From Protoeuglena noctilucae (lineage: Eukaryota), in contig OY253679.1 of NCBI GenBank assembly GCA_958009085.1, forward strand, positions 186,001-250,000: DNA of 64,000 nt. Reading direction: 5' to 3'. Both the position numbers and the translations under genes were made by a program. Shown one piece after another: positions 12,801-26,400 of the stretch (positions are counted from its first letter, which is position 1; each line of letters begins with the position of its first letter). A model generated the notes under the pieces. The model was not told the origin of the DNA. It searched no databases and was given only the letters and a program-made list of their open reading frames with translations.

Positions 12801-15797
12801 TTGCTGCTGTTCGGGGCACTGGCGGGGATCCTGTGCTCGCGGGCGACGTTGGAGGTGAGGGAGTTACTGATCTATAAATGGATGTTATGAGGGATGTCAT
12901 TAAGTGGGCAATTTTTCTGTATTTGCAAAATTTTACAATTCATATTATCGAAAAATGCATTATTATGATAATTTTTATACAAAATTATTAATATTTTACG
13001 TACATTTTATGTAATTAACATCACATAACTCAACCCGCACCCGCAGCGCATCCGCGACGAGAAGGTCTTTGCGTTGGTGGTGACGGAGTTGGCGCGGCAT
13101 CGGTCGCAAGTGGTGAGGGCAGACGCACTGACTGAGAAAGCGAGGAGAGATGCGGCAGCGGCGTTGGGGATCGAGGGTGGTGCGGTTATGGGGGGTGGTA
13201 TTGTGGGTGGCAGTGGGGGTGGTGGTGTGGGTGGCAGTGGGGTTGGTGGTGTGGGTGGTGTTAAGGGTGGCAGTGGGGTTGGTGGTAATGGGGGTGGCAG
13301 TGGGGGCATTGGGAGTAGTAGTAATGGTGGTGTGGATGGGAGTGACAGGGCTATCGGTAGGGATGTGGCGGTGGGGAGGGGAGGGGAGGGAGTTGTTGAG
13401 GGAAGCGGGGGTGCAGGGGTGGCGGTGAGGGTGGGGGATTTGGAGAGCAATGGTGGGGGTGGGGTTGATGGGGTGCGGGGTGGGGCGGGGGGCTTGGGAG
13501 GGGGAGAGGGGTTGAGGGGAGTTGAGGGTGAGGTACGGAGCTGGGGGGTGGGTGAGGCGGCGGTGGGTGGGGATAAGGGAGGGGGTGAAAGGGGGGATAA
13601 GGGAGCGGATAAGGGGGTGCCTGTGGGAGCATCTGAGGCGGGGGATGGGGCAATTGCTAGGAAGGGCGGCAATGGGGGCGGTGGTGGGCGTGGGAGTGGT
13701 GGGGGTAACAGTGGTGATGGGGGTGGCAGCGGTGGCAGTGGTGGTGGCAGTGGGGGTGGTGAGAGGGGTGGTGATAAGGGTGGCAGTGAGAGTGGCAGTG
13801 GCAGCGGCAGTGGTGGTGGTGAGGTGCGTGTGGGGGATGAGGGGCAGCCGGGTTTGGCAGAGGGAGCGGTGGGTGGGGAGTCGACAACGGTTGCAGGGAG
13901 GGAGAAGGAGAGCGGTCAAGCAGCGGAGTCATTGTTGGGTGAGAGGGGGGTGGGTGGGGGTGTGGGGGTGGGGGTGGCAGTGAGGGTGTGGGTTGTGTGG
14001 GGGGTTGGGCGGTTGCAGGTACAGAGTGAGGGTGCAGGTGTCAGCTGTGGCCGATAGACATGGTTGCAGTGATAGTAGATATGTATGTAATGTTAACTCA
14101 ATCACGCAATGTCCCTCCACCATCCCAGCCGTGTCTGCGTCGGCCCTCTCCGACATGCAACGTGCTGCGGAGAGCATGAGAGAGGCGGTGGCAAAGCACG
14201 ATCCCCGCTTGCGCGCGGAGGCGAGGGTGGATGCCACCACTGCGATGGCGGCGGCACTGGCGGGGGCGGCGGCGGCGGTGGGGGGGGCGGAGGGGGCGGA
14301 GGGGGAGGCGAGGGTGAGGGGTGGGAATTGGGCAGTGGGGTGGTAAGAGTGATGTGGGGCTAGTGGGTGATGAGGGACAACAGGCATGTAGCACTCTCAA
14401 CACCGCACGTCACATTCGCATCTCACCATCACGCGTCTTGTGTCTCAAGTGATATCAATCAACTGCTTTGAGCATGCCCATGCTATAGACTTATTCACAT
14501 CTTGTAATCTAGAACTAATCATCTCATCATCTCTCCCATATCGCAGTCGTCCGCATTAATCATGCTGAGCCATATGGGAGCGGTCTTGGATGATGCAGTG
14601 GTGACCTACCTCTCCGGCAGCGCGGAGGGGGAGATGTCAGCCAGGCAGGCGGCAGTGCGAGCGCAGGTAACGGGGGGTGGGGATGGGGTGTGGGTGGGTA
14701 GTGGTAGCGATGTGGGGGTTGGTGAGTGCGGGCGCAGGTGGGCGGGTGGGGGTGGCATGGGTGTGATAGAGGACAGGGTTTGGTAACACGGTTAAAGTCT
14801 GGGTATGTTATGTCCTAATTAATGATTGATTGTACTTCTTGACTATTACACTGTTACACTGTCTTGTTCTGGCACGCAGGTGGCCACTCTGCGCGCGGAC
14901 GTGGCAGCGCTGAGCGGCGATGCAGGGAGTGGGGTGACGGATGCAAGGGGGGGTGTTGATAAGGGTGGCAGTGGCGGTTGCAGTGGGGGTGGTGATAAGG
15001 GAGGTGTTGAGGGTGGCAGCGGGGGTGGCAGTGCGAGTGGCAGTGGGGGTGGTGCTGCGGAGAGTGGCGGTGCGATTGCGGGGTCCGACGATGACCGTAG
15101 GCGCGGGCAGCTGTCGCGGGTGGTGGAAGAGGCGAGTCAATTCATAATAATACTATTCATAATACTATTAATCAATGGATATCTTGCTTTCAATATCAAT
15201 AACCTCTCTGCCGACCCCCACTCAGCTCACCCCCACTGAAGGGCTACCCATTCCTTCAGCTTGCCACCACCCAGCTACCCCCCTCCATCACTATCAACTC
15301 ACCCCACCCCTCACACCATACCTCCCCAACCCCCACAGATCGCTGCCCTTTCTGTTGCAATCGAGGCAATGGCCACTGAGGATTATGCCGCTTATAAGAG
15401 CATGCTGTTGGTGCGATCGGGATTGGAGGATGAGGCGATGGATAGGGCGGATAAGGCAGCGGCAGAGCTGGCGGCGGTGGGGGGGGTTGGGAGTGAGAGG
15501 GGGGTGGGGGGCGATGGGGGGTTGGGGAGTGAGGGGGGTGTGGAGGTGGGGGTGGGGGAGAGCAGGGGTGGGAGTGGTGGGGATGAGGGAGGGGGGCAAG
15601 GGGGGGATGGGGAGAGGGGAGAGAGTGGGAGTGGGGATGGTGGTGCGGGTGCGGGTGGGGGTAGCAGTGGGGGTGGTCCGGGTGGGGGTGCAGATGGCAG
15701 TGCGGGTGCGGGTGGGGGTGCAGATGGCAGTGCGGGTGCGGGTGGTGTGGGTGGGGATGGAGGTGCGAAGGGAAGTGGGGCGGCAGTGGGTGCGTGA
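9890..15797 (+). CDS. Amino acid/auxin permease-family transporter (SLC38/AVT6-like) with a long Gly-rich and helical C-terminal tail
   Basis: TFTIVNVAMGA|GVLGFPFCY, SFEEVAHAVLG, LVAYLTIVADIL, MGFAFACHPG, GLAGYARF...GDILRNF, VPNVELIFSLTGST...YLLPSLLFL. About 11 exons; the tail exons splice in frame to TGA at 15795-15797. Confidence 0.85.
13190..13830 (+). repeat. Coding G-rich degenerate minisatellite (GGTGGCAGTGGGGGT-type) encoding Gly/Ser runs
   Basis: Repeated ggtggcagtgggggtggt and gataagggtggcagtg units inside the transporter tail exon. Confidence 0.7.
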
Positions 15798-16220
15798 GGG
15801 CGTGGACGGCTGTGCTTTGTGTGGCGGAGCTGTGGTGCGGCTCCTTAACAACTGACTATATTAATATAATCACAAGTTATTTACTTATCGCTGTCTATCT
15901 CCCATAGAGTCGCCCCTTAGGTTTTCAAAGATGGGTGTCTGAACAGGCACGGAGAGGGCCATGGAGGGGCTACGGTCGACATGACCAATCGATTTGAAAA
16001 TCGGAACAGAATGTCGACATAAAACACGTATGCTTTACACAGCAGTGTGTTGAGGTGGTGAAAAGAAGTCACAAGGCGACAAGGCGGGTGGCAGGGCATG
16101 GCACATTGCCCATCTCCCTCCCTCGCCACAGCACAAAACAGTCTCTCAATCAGCTCTTATTAGCAGCTAAGCAGAGGCAGTACCTCACTTAGCTGTAATG
16201 CATTGTATTGGAGAAGTCTC

Positions 16221-18821
16221 TCAGTCAGCCCCTGCCCCGATGGGTGTGCCCACAGGCAGCCCCGCAGTCGCATCTCCAACTATGGTCTTGCTCACCCCCA
16301 CACCGCCACCCACGCCGCCACCCCCGCTCTCATCGCCACTGCCACCCACCAAGCTACCCTCACCCTCCTTGCCACCCTCAGCAACGCCACCCTCCCCACC
16401 CTCCCCAGCGCTGCCGGCCCCATCACCCCCGGCCGCCTCCACCCCCTCACCGAATGCATCCGCACCCTCACCACCGCCCCGCCCACTGCAGCCAACACCA
16501 TCCCCAATCGACCCTCCCAACGACACCTCAGCCACGGCCCCAGTGACTGCCTCAGTTGCCGCCTCGCCCACTGCCGTCGCCACCCTCTCTGCAGCCGCCC
16601 GCGCACCAACCCCATCGCCATCACCATCACTGCCACCCTCGCTACCACCCCCATCGCCACCCCCGCTGCCACCCTCAACCCCACCCCCACCGCCACCCTC
16701 CCTGCCGCCCTCGTCCCCCCCACTCTCGGTGTCGATGATGGTGAGCCTATGAGCCCTCACCGTGCCCATCAGAGACCGGCAGAGTTTCTCGAGCGTCGCT
16801 GCGAGTAGGGAGAGCAGATAGGGGAGCAATGGACATAGATAGTAACCATTTTATACCAAACAATGGTCACTACATCAAACCAATCATTGCAATCGCCATT
16901 CCATCCCATCCCATCGCTCACCGTTCCTGGCCTGCACCTTGGCCATCGATTGCAGGGCACTCGCCGCCGCCGCCAGCTGCCCCGTCATCGCCTGCTTCTC
17001 CTCCAAAGCAGCCAGCAGCGCGCGGCGGGCCTCGGCCACCTGGCGGTCCTGCGATGAAGGGAACGCGATAACGCGTTTGATATCATATAAAATGTCAATT
17101 TCGCTTCTTTGTGATTGGCTGTTGAAGCGAGGGAGAGCGGCCGAGAGAGCGGTGCGCAGTGCAGAGACCAACCCATCCAAGACGCCCGCTGACCCAGCCC
17201 CGTCCACTCCCAACTACTGCTACTCACACACTCGCGTGTCTTCATTCGTAACAATGATGACAATTTGAAATTCGAATCCCAACCCCCCCCTCGCCTTCTC
17301 CTCGGCCACTTTGGCCGCCGCCGCCCTTCCTTTCCGCAGCACCCGGGCCTCCTCGGCCAGGGCCTCCGCGAGCTCCTGGTACTTTTGAATCCCGCCGCGC
17401 ACGTCCTCGAACTGTTTCAAACGCCCCTGGATCTCCTCGACCCACTTGGCGCGCTGAGCCTCGGCCTCTCCCACGCGGGCGCTGAGGGTGGGGGTGGTGG
17501 GGTAAGTGAGATTAGAATTATTGACATGTATAGCTAAATGCTTATTGTATGTATGTATATGATCGGGGGCATGGACGGGGGTGCGGAAGAGATGCAGTTA
17601 TTACAACCAAGGCGCTCGTGCTTCTTGCATCATCATCCACCCACCCACTTACCGTAATCACGTCATCATTCAAATTCAAACACCAACGCATCCCCTGAGT
17701 GACTCACATGAGGGCCTCGTTCCTCTGCCGCTCGGCCTCCACCTCCGCCGCCACGTCCCGCAGCTGACGCTCGTGCAGAGCCTTCTCGTCCGCAATCACC
17801 TTCTTCTGCGACGTGAAAAGGAGAGCGAAAGACTTTATAATTATTACAATAACTGTAATACATAACTGTAATACTTTTTATCTATACTATATATTTAGGT
17901 CCATCGGCGCGAATCCACCAGCCCCTGCACCTCATCTCTCTCCCGCTGCACATTGCACTGCATATCCCATCTATATCCTCGCCTGCAGCTCCACGAGCTC
18001 CTGCATCTTCTGGACCCTCTCCGCGAAACGCTCCAGCTGCTCGCGGCACACGGCGCGCTCCCGCACCAGCTCCTCGTTGCGGCCCAGCGCGTCCTCCAGG
18101 CTCTGCCGCACCGCCTCGATCTGACCGCGAATTTCCGCCATCCCGTCCGCCTGCGCCGCGTGAAGCGCGGCCGCGGCGGCCTCGGCCCGCTCCTTCAGCG
18201 CGCGGTTCTGCGCCTGCAGCTCGCGCGTCACGTTCTGCAGCCGGTCGTTCGCGTCCGATATCTTGTGGAATTTCTCCTCCATCCGCAACTTGTCGCGCTT
18301 CGCCGACGCCTCCCGGCGCTCCGCGGCCTTCAGCGCCCGCTGCAGGGCCCGCACGTCCGAAGCCAAATCTGCCGCCGCGGAGAGCGCCCGCGCCAGCTTG
18401 GCGTCCGCATCGTGGTCCCCGGAGGACGCGCACGTCACCAAATCGCGCAGCTCCCGCTTCCGCTGCGCGAGAGACTCGGCGAGCTCGGACGGACCCGCGG
18501 CCGCGTCCAGCTCCTGCGTGCGAGGCGGGGAGCCGGGCGCGGGTCACGCGCGCGAAGCAGGACCTCGAGGAGATGGCGCGGCCGGACGCGCGGGGCTCCC
18601 CGGCCGGAGCCGAGCGCGCGGATGCCGCCCACGCATTCGAAAGGGCGGTTGAGAGGGACGGGCCGCGCGGTGGCGGAGATCGGTCCCGGGCTTCACCAAG
18701 ACGAAGAGGAAGGCAAAGAAGTCCCATCGGAGCGCCCGGGTTTTCCACTCGCCTGCACCCTCTGCTTCAGCACCGTCACGGTCGCGGAGAGCGTGGGTCC
18801 CTGCATCACGTCCGGCGCCAT
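16221..18821 (-). CDS. Taxilin-family coiled-coil protein with Gly/Glu-rich tail
   Basis: Exons 18821-18753, about 18513-17983, 17805-17708, 17481-17295, 17048-16922 and 16798-16221 give ANDRLQNVTRELQAQNRALKE, RLKQFEDV, ALLAALEEK and TLEKLCRSL, resembling taxilin motifs (KLESLCRELQ..N..LKE, KFEEFQ, LEKLCRALQ). Confidence 0.75.
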
Positions 18822-19300
18822 CGGCCTCCGGGGCTCGGCGACAAGTGTGTGCTTTCTGCCCCAAGCGCGCCTCGGCTCCTCGCGGGCGCTGGGCGGAGAT
18901 GCAACAGAGATCAGCGCACGGTCAACTTCTTGGAGTCCGCGACGCTAAATGCTTCGCTTCGATGTCACCGTGCACAGGAGGAGGACGACGCGGCCGGATG
19001 TGCTCGCGATGCCGCCGGGACGTTGCGGATGAGGAAAACACGACACGTCAGTGGGCACGCCGCACCCGATGTTGCTCCAACGCACAGATGGACATGTGCA
19101 TGCGACCTTCATCTTCATTCGATCCCTCAGCTTCAGTCCTCAGCAACGAGAGACGAGAAGAAGTCTCACAGAGGGACCACGCACGTTGCCTTGCCCAGCG
19201 CACGCATGCGATGACTATCGCAGCGCGACAGTGGCAGCTCCATGCGTGCCTGACGCTCCGGTCGCTGTTGTCGACGCGGCAGCCCCGCCGGGCGTGCGCC

Positions 19301-21330
19301 ATGGCCGCGCTGCCCGTGTCACGGCGCATCCGTGCCACGGACGACCCCGTCATCGTCGCGACGAAGGCGATGATCGCTGCGGCCCCGCGCGATGTGCTCT
19401 CTCTGGCCCAGGGGATCGTGCACTGGGCCCCGCCTGACCAGGCGGTCCGCGACGCGCTCGCTGCGATGGCCGACCCGGCGACCCGCGTGCATCAATACGG
19501 CCCGGACGAGGGTCTGCCGCAGGCGCGTGTGCGAAGACGCGATGAGCGGCTCGCCACGCGCGTTAAAAGTCACTTTTCCGCGTCACAGCGACATGGCCGC
19601 GCTCCCACGCTCCGTGTTACCAAGAGTCCCTTGTTGCTTCGCCACGCCGCAGCTGCGGGAGGCCCTTCGCCGCAAAGTGGAGGCGGAGAACGGTTTGCCG
19701 GGCCACGAGGTGATGGTGACGGCGGGGGCCAACCAGGCGTTCGCCAACGTCGTGTTGGGACTGGTCGACGAGAGCGATCGAGTGGTGTTGTTCAGGCCTT
19801 ATTACTTCAACCACCTGATGTGCCTGCAAATGACGGGGGGTGCCGAGCGGGTCGTGTTCGGGAAGCGAGACCCTGTGACCATGGTGAGTTGCCAAAGTGA
19901 GAGCCTGAGCGCTGACTATCAGTGGGGACGTGAGGTGTGATGGCTGGTGCACTGCACGTGCCCCAACTCCTCTAACAACTGCCCCCCAACTACACCCCCA
20001 ACTGCACTTGCTTGCATCAACTCGAGTCCCCATCACCCCCGCAGCACCCTGACTTGGATTGGCTAGCATCAGTCCTGTCGGGCCCCAGCCCCCCACGGAT
20101 GGTGGTAATCTGCAACCCCTGCAACCCCACTGGCACGCTGCTGTCAGAAGAGGAGTGTCAGAGGGCCGCGGAGCTGTGTCAGAGGGCGGGGGCGTGGTTG
20201 GTGATGGATAACACCTACGAGCACTTCGCCTTTGCGGACGATGCGGGTGAGCGTGAGCCCTCTGTGGGCACAGATGGCGTGTATGTACAGTACAGTTAAC
20301 ATGGTTGCCATACACATGGTGCACTTGGCATATATGCACAGTTGGCGTAGCTGGCGTACATGAGCGATGGCCGGGGTGACGGTATGGTCGTTCCCACCCC
20401 TGTCCCTTCCCCCTTCTCCCACAGGCACCCCCCGTCGTCACATGTGCAAGGCCGCCCCTCATGTCATCCACCTCTTCAGCTTCAGCAAGGCATTCGGCAT
20501 GATGGGGTGGCGTGTGGGGTACATCGCGTACCCGAAAGAGAATCCAGGTCAGGGAGTGAGTGACGGGTATGGGATCATCTATTGTTTCACATTCTTGCCT
20601 TATGATTGCTTGTAATGGAAACCATCTGCCAACTTCACCCCCCCTGCGCCACCCATGTGCATACCTTCCCCCACCTCATCGTCTCTTCCGTCCCCCGCAG
20701 ATCTGTCATCAGCCTTCTTGAAAGTGCAGGACACCGTCCCCATCTGCCCCACGCAACTGAGTCAGGTGGTGGCGCTCGGGGCGGTGCATGCGGGGCGGGC
20801 GTGGGTGCAAGAGAGGGTGGAGGGACTGACAGAGCAAAAGGCGGCGGTGATGCGCGCGTTGCAACCGCTGGGGAAGTGGGGCGAGGGTGTGTTTGGGGGG
20901 GAGGGGGCCATTTACGTGTTTGCGAAACTGCCAGAGGGGTGCGAGGACGACGCGGCTGTGGCGAAGGTAAGAGGGGTGGGTGGGTGTGTACGTGTGTGTT
21001 GCTGTGCCTGTGTGCATATGTGCGTGGGTGGTTGCTGAGGCTGCGACTGCGTGCGGCTGCTGTGGCTGTGTGCGTGTGGCTGCACCTGTGCATTTCGCTT
21101 GCCTCAACGCTTACAGCACCCACACACCCCACTCTCACCCACCGCAGTGGCTGGTGGACGTGCACGGCGTGTGCGTCATCCCCGGCTCGGCATGCGGCGC
21201 TCCCGGGCACATCCGCGTGGCTTACGCCAACCTGCCACGCGAGATGTGCCTCGAGGCAGCTGCGCGACTTCATAAGGGATTGCGCGAGCTCGCCGACAAG
21301 GGGGCGGCGGCCATGGATGCCGGGTCGTGA
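19301..21330 (+). CDS. ISS1: Aromatic aminotransferase, ISS1/VAS1-like (class I/II PLP enzyme)
   Basis: SRRIRATDDPV, LSLAQGIVHWAPP, YGPDEGLPQ|LREAL, VMVTAGANQAF, FRPYYFNH, NPCNPTG, MDNTYEHF, LFSFSKAFGMMGWRVGYI, KVQDTVPIC, GEGAIYVFAKLP, HGVCVIPGSACGAPGHIRVAY. TGA at 21328-21330. Confidence 0.88.
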
Positions 21331-21545
21331 CTAGATATTGTTCTTAGCACCTGTACAAATGCCTGTGGTGGCTCGGGCAGCAGAGCGGCGGAAAGGATCG
21401 AGACGAGCTGTACCACCCTGTCAGCCGTGGCGGCCTGCAGGCCCAGCACGTGCTCTTCCACAATCCGCTTCAATCATGGTCCAGCTCCATGCATCTGAGC
21501 TCCTGTTTCCCATTGCCATCCACCAACACCTCGTCAGGCTGAGGT

Positions 21546-21550
21546 TGTAA
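21546..21550 (+). promoter_or_regulatory. Candidate chlorophyte-type polyadenylation signal TGTAA of the ISS1-like gene
   Basis: TGTAA about 215 nt after the stop. Similar 3'-located TGTAA motifs occur at 16194, 29864, 32120 and 51066. UGUAA is the known Chlamydomonas signal. Confidence 0.45.
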
Positions 21551-22062
21551 CCCTAGCCGTCATCTCTTTGAATCCTCATTGGCAAAAAAAATAAAATTCT
21601 GCATGAGTGGCTGTCGAGATCGTGGAGTCGGCTGCTACGTGCAGCCCGACACTCCCACCCCGCACCGGGCGAGGCGACACGTTGAAGCGAGAGGGTGCGA
21701 GGTGGGATGCGATCTGTATGAATAGCAGCGTGCGAGGCGGCTGGGGCGCGGTCGGCAAGGCAACCATGCGATGCGCACGGCCCTTCTGCCCATTCAGGGC
21801 CTGCGCTCGCAGCGACGGTCCGTGCAGGTAGAAATCGAGCGCATCATGTCGAGTATCGAATCAGCACACTCTGTTCAAATCGTGGGGCCGTCGGACGAGG
21901 CGATGGCGGGGTGCGTGGCAGTGGTCCGGGCCGGACGCGCCGGAGAGTCGCGGAGGGGCGGGCGGCGGTGCGCTGCATGCAAGTAACATGTGAAGAACGA
22001 TTGCGAGCGAGGATATTCCGCTGCCGGACGCAGGGGCGTGGGCGGGGACGGGAGGAAAGAGG

Positions 22063-23146
22063 GTGCAAGCGGTGCGTGGCGTGCAGGGGCGTGCAGTGTC
22101 AAGGCGGGCGCGGATCATGGGAAGCGGGAGGGCGGGCGACATAGGCGGTGTGTGGTTGCGGGCGACGGCGGTCGGGGTAGATGCAACTGAGGAGGACGGG
22201 GAAGAGGCACAGCTCACCTCGCGCGTGGCCACAGCCACCGATAGCAATGAGTGAGTGGGGCATGCGTGGTGCAGGGAGGCGGGCGTGTATGCGGTCGGTT
22301 GTATGCAAGAGATTGACCGCGTGGTCTTTGTTGGTCTCGGGCGCCGGCATGGTTTGACAAGAACGCCAAGGTGCGGGTGCTGGCGACACACTTTAGGGGA
22401 GAAGCACCGGCCAGTGCAGAGGTGGTGTGGGTGCGAGGGGACGGGAGCCTTGGGGAGGAGGGGGAGGAGGGGGCGGTGGAGTTTAGGGTGGGCCGGTTCC
22501 TGAACAAAATTCGCGGGAACTTTGTGGAGGGCAGGGACGCTGACACCACACTGACCGTTGAGCAGGTGGAGCTGCTGCGCAGGGAGTGCCAGTGGCTGCT
22601 GCTGTGGGAGCGGCGGTGGCAACGGGAAACCATGCGCAAGCAAGAGCTGCACGTGTGGTCGGTGGCGGAGAGGGTGGAGCTGCTGGTGCAGCTGTGCCGT
22701 GAAACGAAGCCAAAAAATTGCGAGAAGGTGTCTGTGCCGGAGCACCTTGTCCCAGAGGGCAAGGTGGGTGAGGATTTTATGGCAGATCGTTTTCGTAGCC
22801 ATATCATCGACAATTTTCTACCCTCTGCAAGTGTCCACACCACGCTCGGCAACACGTGTTTCGGCCCGGCAAGGACTTGCAGGTTGCGCTTCTGTGCGAG
22901 CGCTACCGCGATCCCCGACCTTCGGAGAGGGTTGTGGTACCGGACAGCCTGCTGCCGGCCGGGTGCACGGAGGGGTCGTTTCGTTTGTCGACCTTCCTCA
23001 AATGCGTCAGGCTCAACTGGGCAGTAACTGACCGACGGCCTAGCTTTCGGCTGACTAGGGAGCAGATGGCAGCGCTGGAGGAGCTTGCGTGGATGCAGGC
23101 TGAGGTTGCGAGGTGGAGGTCTGGGGGCAGCGTCCGTAGTGGGTAG
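22063..23146 (+). pseudogene. Degraded intronless ORF with three helicase-associated (HA)-like repeat units
   Basis: Overlapping ORFs 22063-22254, 22255-22503, 22371-23027 and 22856-23146 are joined by a stop and frameshifts. Recurring unit: V.LL...R..P...E.V.V...F....F...I..N[FW]...LT.EQ...L...W. Confidence 0.5.
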
Positions 23147-23426
23147 GAGGGAGGTGGATGGTTAGCTGGATAGGGATGGTGGTTGGCGTTTGGCGCAGTT
23201 GCGCACTCGCTGCCCTGGGATGTTGCCCGTTTCGAGGCTCTCCCCGTCACTCAGGCCCTCTTCGCCACCTTTGCTCCTCCGAGACCGCCGTCGTCTCCAC
23301 GTTGAGCCGGGCTAGGGGGTTCGTTGGGGTAGGTTCTCTCCTTCCCTTTCTCCGTCCTTCTGCCCGTCAGCAGGGGGGGTCTTGAGGGCCCTGCCCATCT
23401 TCAATCCTCCGAAAAAAAGGGCTGCA

Positions 23427-26400
23427 ATGGCTATTAGCGGCAATAGCTTCGTGACCAAACACCTCTCGCCGGGCGCGGCGTCGTCAGCGCTCGCGCGAGC
23501 CCTCGCGCGCAGCATGGCGGTCCCGGAGGACCCCCCGCCCGCCGCGACGCTGGCCGGGAGCTACTCCCCGAGCACGCCGAAAGCAAACGTCGATAATCCG
23601 GTCCTCGCGGACGTGGCGGGGGCGGGGGAGGCTGTCGGGGATGGGAAAGCGGCCAAGCGCGTGCAGATGCGGGGTCCCTCCGGAGCCATCTTCGTCCTGC
23701 AAGTCGACCGCTTTGGACGTAAGCATTACCACCTCCAGTCCGCGGAGCCCCGCAATGTCAAGCTCCCGGACACGGTCCGCGCGCTCGTGAATGCCGCCCA
23801 CTTCATCGCCGGCACGACGGGGTCCCGCCCGGGCCTCGTCGATGAGGGTGAGGGGCCCCGACGCGCGTCTAGGTACCCATCTCCCTGTGCCTGCGTTATG
23901 CAGCGCAGCAGATACCGCGCCTGTCCCAAAGGCTTCGACCTAGCCCCGAGCACATGCGGGGTGGCCGCTCCGCGCTTTCCCGGCTGGCGATGGATGTGCA
24001 GCGAGGTCCACATCGATTTCATTGCGATAACCTATCCAAGCAAAAGCATTTGCATGGTCTTCGCTGCCTGTGGCCGCGCTCACAAGGAGCAGATGTTGCA
24101 GTGTTGTTCCCCGGCGCCGCTAGCGCCTCTGCGAAGGCGCCGACATCCATGCCGCGTCCTTCATATGCAGATTCTGAAGAAGCCAAGGACGGCGTCCCCG
24201 AGACGGGCCCCCCCGGCGGCTCCCGGCCTCGCGACCGTGCGGGGCGCAAGATGTCGCCGCCCGGCGCGCGTCCGGCCAGCGCGCGCCAGTTGTCCGCACG
24301 GCCAACGAGCGCAGGCGTGCTGTCTCTGGCTCACGGCGTCCCCGACGAGCCCGGCGCGGCTGCGGGCCTGGGTGACATCCTGGAGTCGTCCGAATCAGAG
24401 CGCGGCGCGGACCGGGGATCGGAAACCGAAGAGGAGCGGGCAGTGATGGAAGAGGCGATGCGGCGCGCTGCGGAGCGGGAGGCGCGGCGGGCGCGAATCA
24501 TGAGGTTCGTGGGAGCTGCCAGCGCGGCCTTCGCGACCTTGCAGGCCCTCCGTGCGCCTCATCGCCGCTCCGAGCGCTCCCCGACGCCCGCAGGCTGTAT
24601 CCGAGCGACATGCCGTACGTAGCTGCGCCCGTGGCCGGCCGCGACCTCGTCCGGCGCCCTCGCAGCGCCGCGCACCCTCACAACGGACCCTCCCCTCGGG
24701 TCCCTGCGGCCGCGGCTGCGGCTGCGGCGCCGGCAGGCACGTGGAGCGATCGAAGAGCGCATCCCTCCAGGTCCCCTGACGAAGCCCACCCCTTAGAGGG
24801 CGTCATTGACGAGGTTCGTGCGCGTCTTCCGCACCAGCACTCATCTGCGCACACGACACCACGCGGATTCAAACCCTTTCGTTATGCATTGTTGATATTT
24901 ACAAACCACATCAAAAATTGATCTTCTCCATTGCTCTCCGGGACCCACACGCAGGCGCCCTTTGAGATGTCGAATGTGGATGAGGCCGCGGCGGGAGCAG
25001 CGCAGCGCGGGCCGAGGCTGGACGCGAGTGAAGCTAACGGCACCCCCGCCGGGAGCGCCAACGAAGCCGGCGCGCGTGCCAACGCGGGCGGGGCGGCTGC
25101 GTTCCGGCTCTATGACTCCCCGGCTGGTCCCGCTGGCCCTGCCCCAATGCCTGGCGATGACTGGGACGGTGCTGCGGGGGCAGAGGAGGGCTCGGAGGGT
25201 GGGAAGGTGGCGGACTGGCTTCAACGCCACGTGTCGTCCGTGCCACCCAGCGTGGCACCCTCGGGGTTGTCTATGGGGCCGTCGTTGGGGCATGAGGGGC
25301 CCTCGGGGCACGAGTCGTCACTGGCGCTTGAAACGAGGGGCGAGGGCGGGCAGAGGTCGCTGCATGAAGCGACGCGCAGCGTGGCGACGGGAGGGAGCAT
25401 AGGGGACGCGGGCGGGGCTTCAGTGGGTGCGGGGGGCGTGGGGAGCGAGACGGTGGGTGGGGGCGAGGCGTCTTCACGCAGCCAGGCGAGGGAGGGGGAT
25501 GTGTGGGAGCGGCGACGGGCGCGTAGGCGCAGCCGGCAGACGGGGCAAGCTGCGCAGGAGGGCGGAGAGGGGGGAGAGGGCGAGGGTGAGGGTGCGGGGG
25601 GCGTGGGCGGGGCGGGGGCGGGGTGGGAGATGGCGAGGGGCGGGACGGCACCGGCGGCGCTGGGGTCGGTGACTGCGGGGCTCCATGGAACGCGGGCGGG
25701 GCTGGGAACGGGATCGCCGGAGCGCGGGAGGGGCGTTGGGGTGGGCACGTGGCTGGGGCGAGGGGCGGGGAGTCCCCAGGGGGCCAGGGTCACCATCCGC
25801 CCCGCGAGCGCGACACTGCAGCAGCGCGCGAGGCGACCCTTCTCTGCGGTAAGCCGCGCGGATGCGATGATGATGTGGCTGCACTGGCACACGCTGCTTC
25901 TTGCGCAATGCATGGACAATGTTGCAGCACACCCCGCGGGTCGTGTGCTTTGCTCGGTGCTGTCACAGACGCTACGGTGTTGTCACAGACGCTATCTGAA
26001 TCGCAACATGTTCGCAATGCATCAACTCAACCGATGGTATCGCAGGTGACGGGCATGACGATGGCCTCGACTCTCACGGCCAGCACGGTGGAGAATTTGA
26101 ACCGCGCAAGGCAGGAGAGGTGAGGGCAGGCTGTTGATTGCAAAAGGGACATGCGTAGTCGTCGACCACAGCGTTAGCTACTGGCATCTGTTTTGCTGGT
26201 TGATACCAGCGCCGCTGGCTACACACTGTTTGTAACAGTGTACCCAGCACAGCGCCCAGACACCCACCCGCTCTCGGCCCTTCTCCCCCGCAGCCCCCCG
26301 CCCCTGGCCGTCCTGTTCCGCTGGTTCGCGCGCCTGTCCCCCCCGGTCGTGGATCGATACCCGCCGGGGAATGCAAAAAGCGCCCCGCCGGGCCACGGGC

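Noticed and set aside
21270..21540. Short minus-strand ORF behind the ISS1-like gene
   Set aside because: No ATG, no recognisable motif, and it overlaps the expected 3' UTR.
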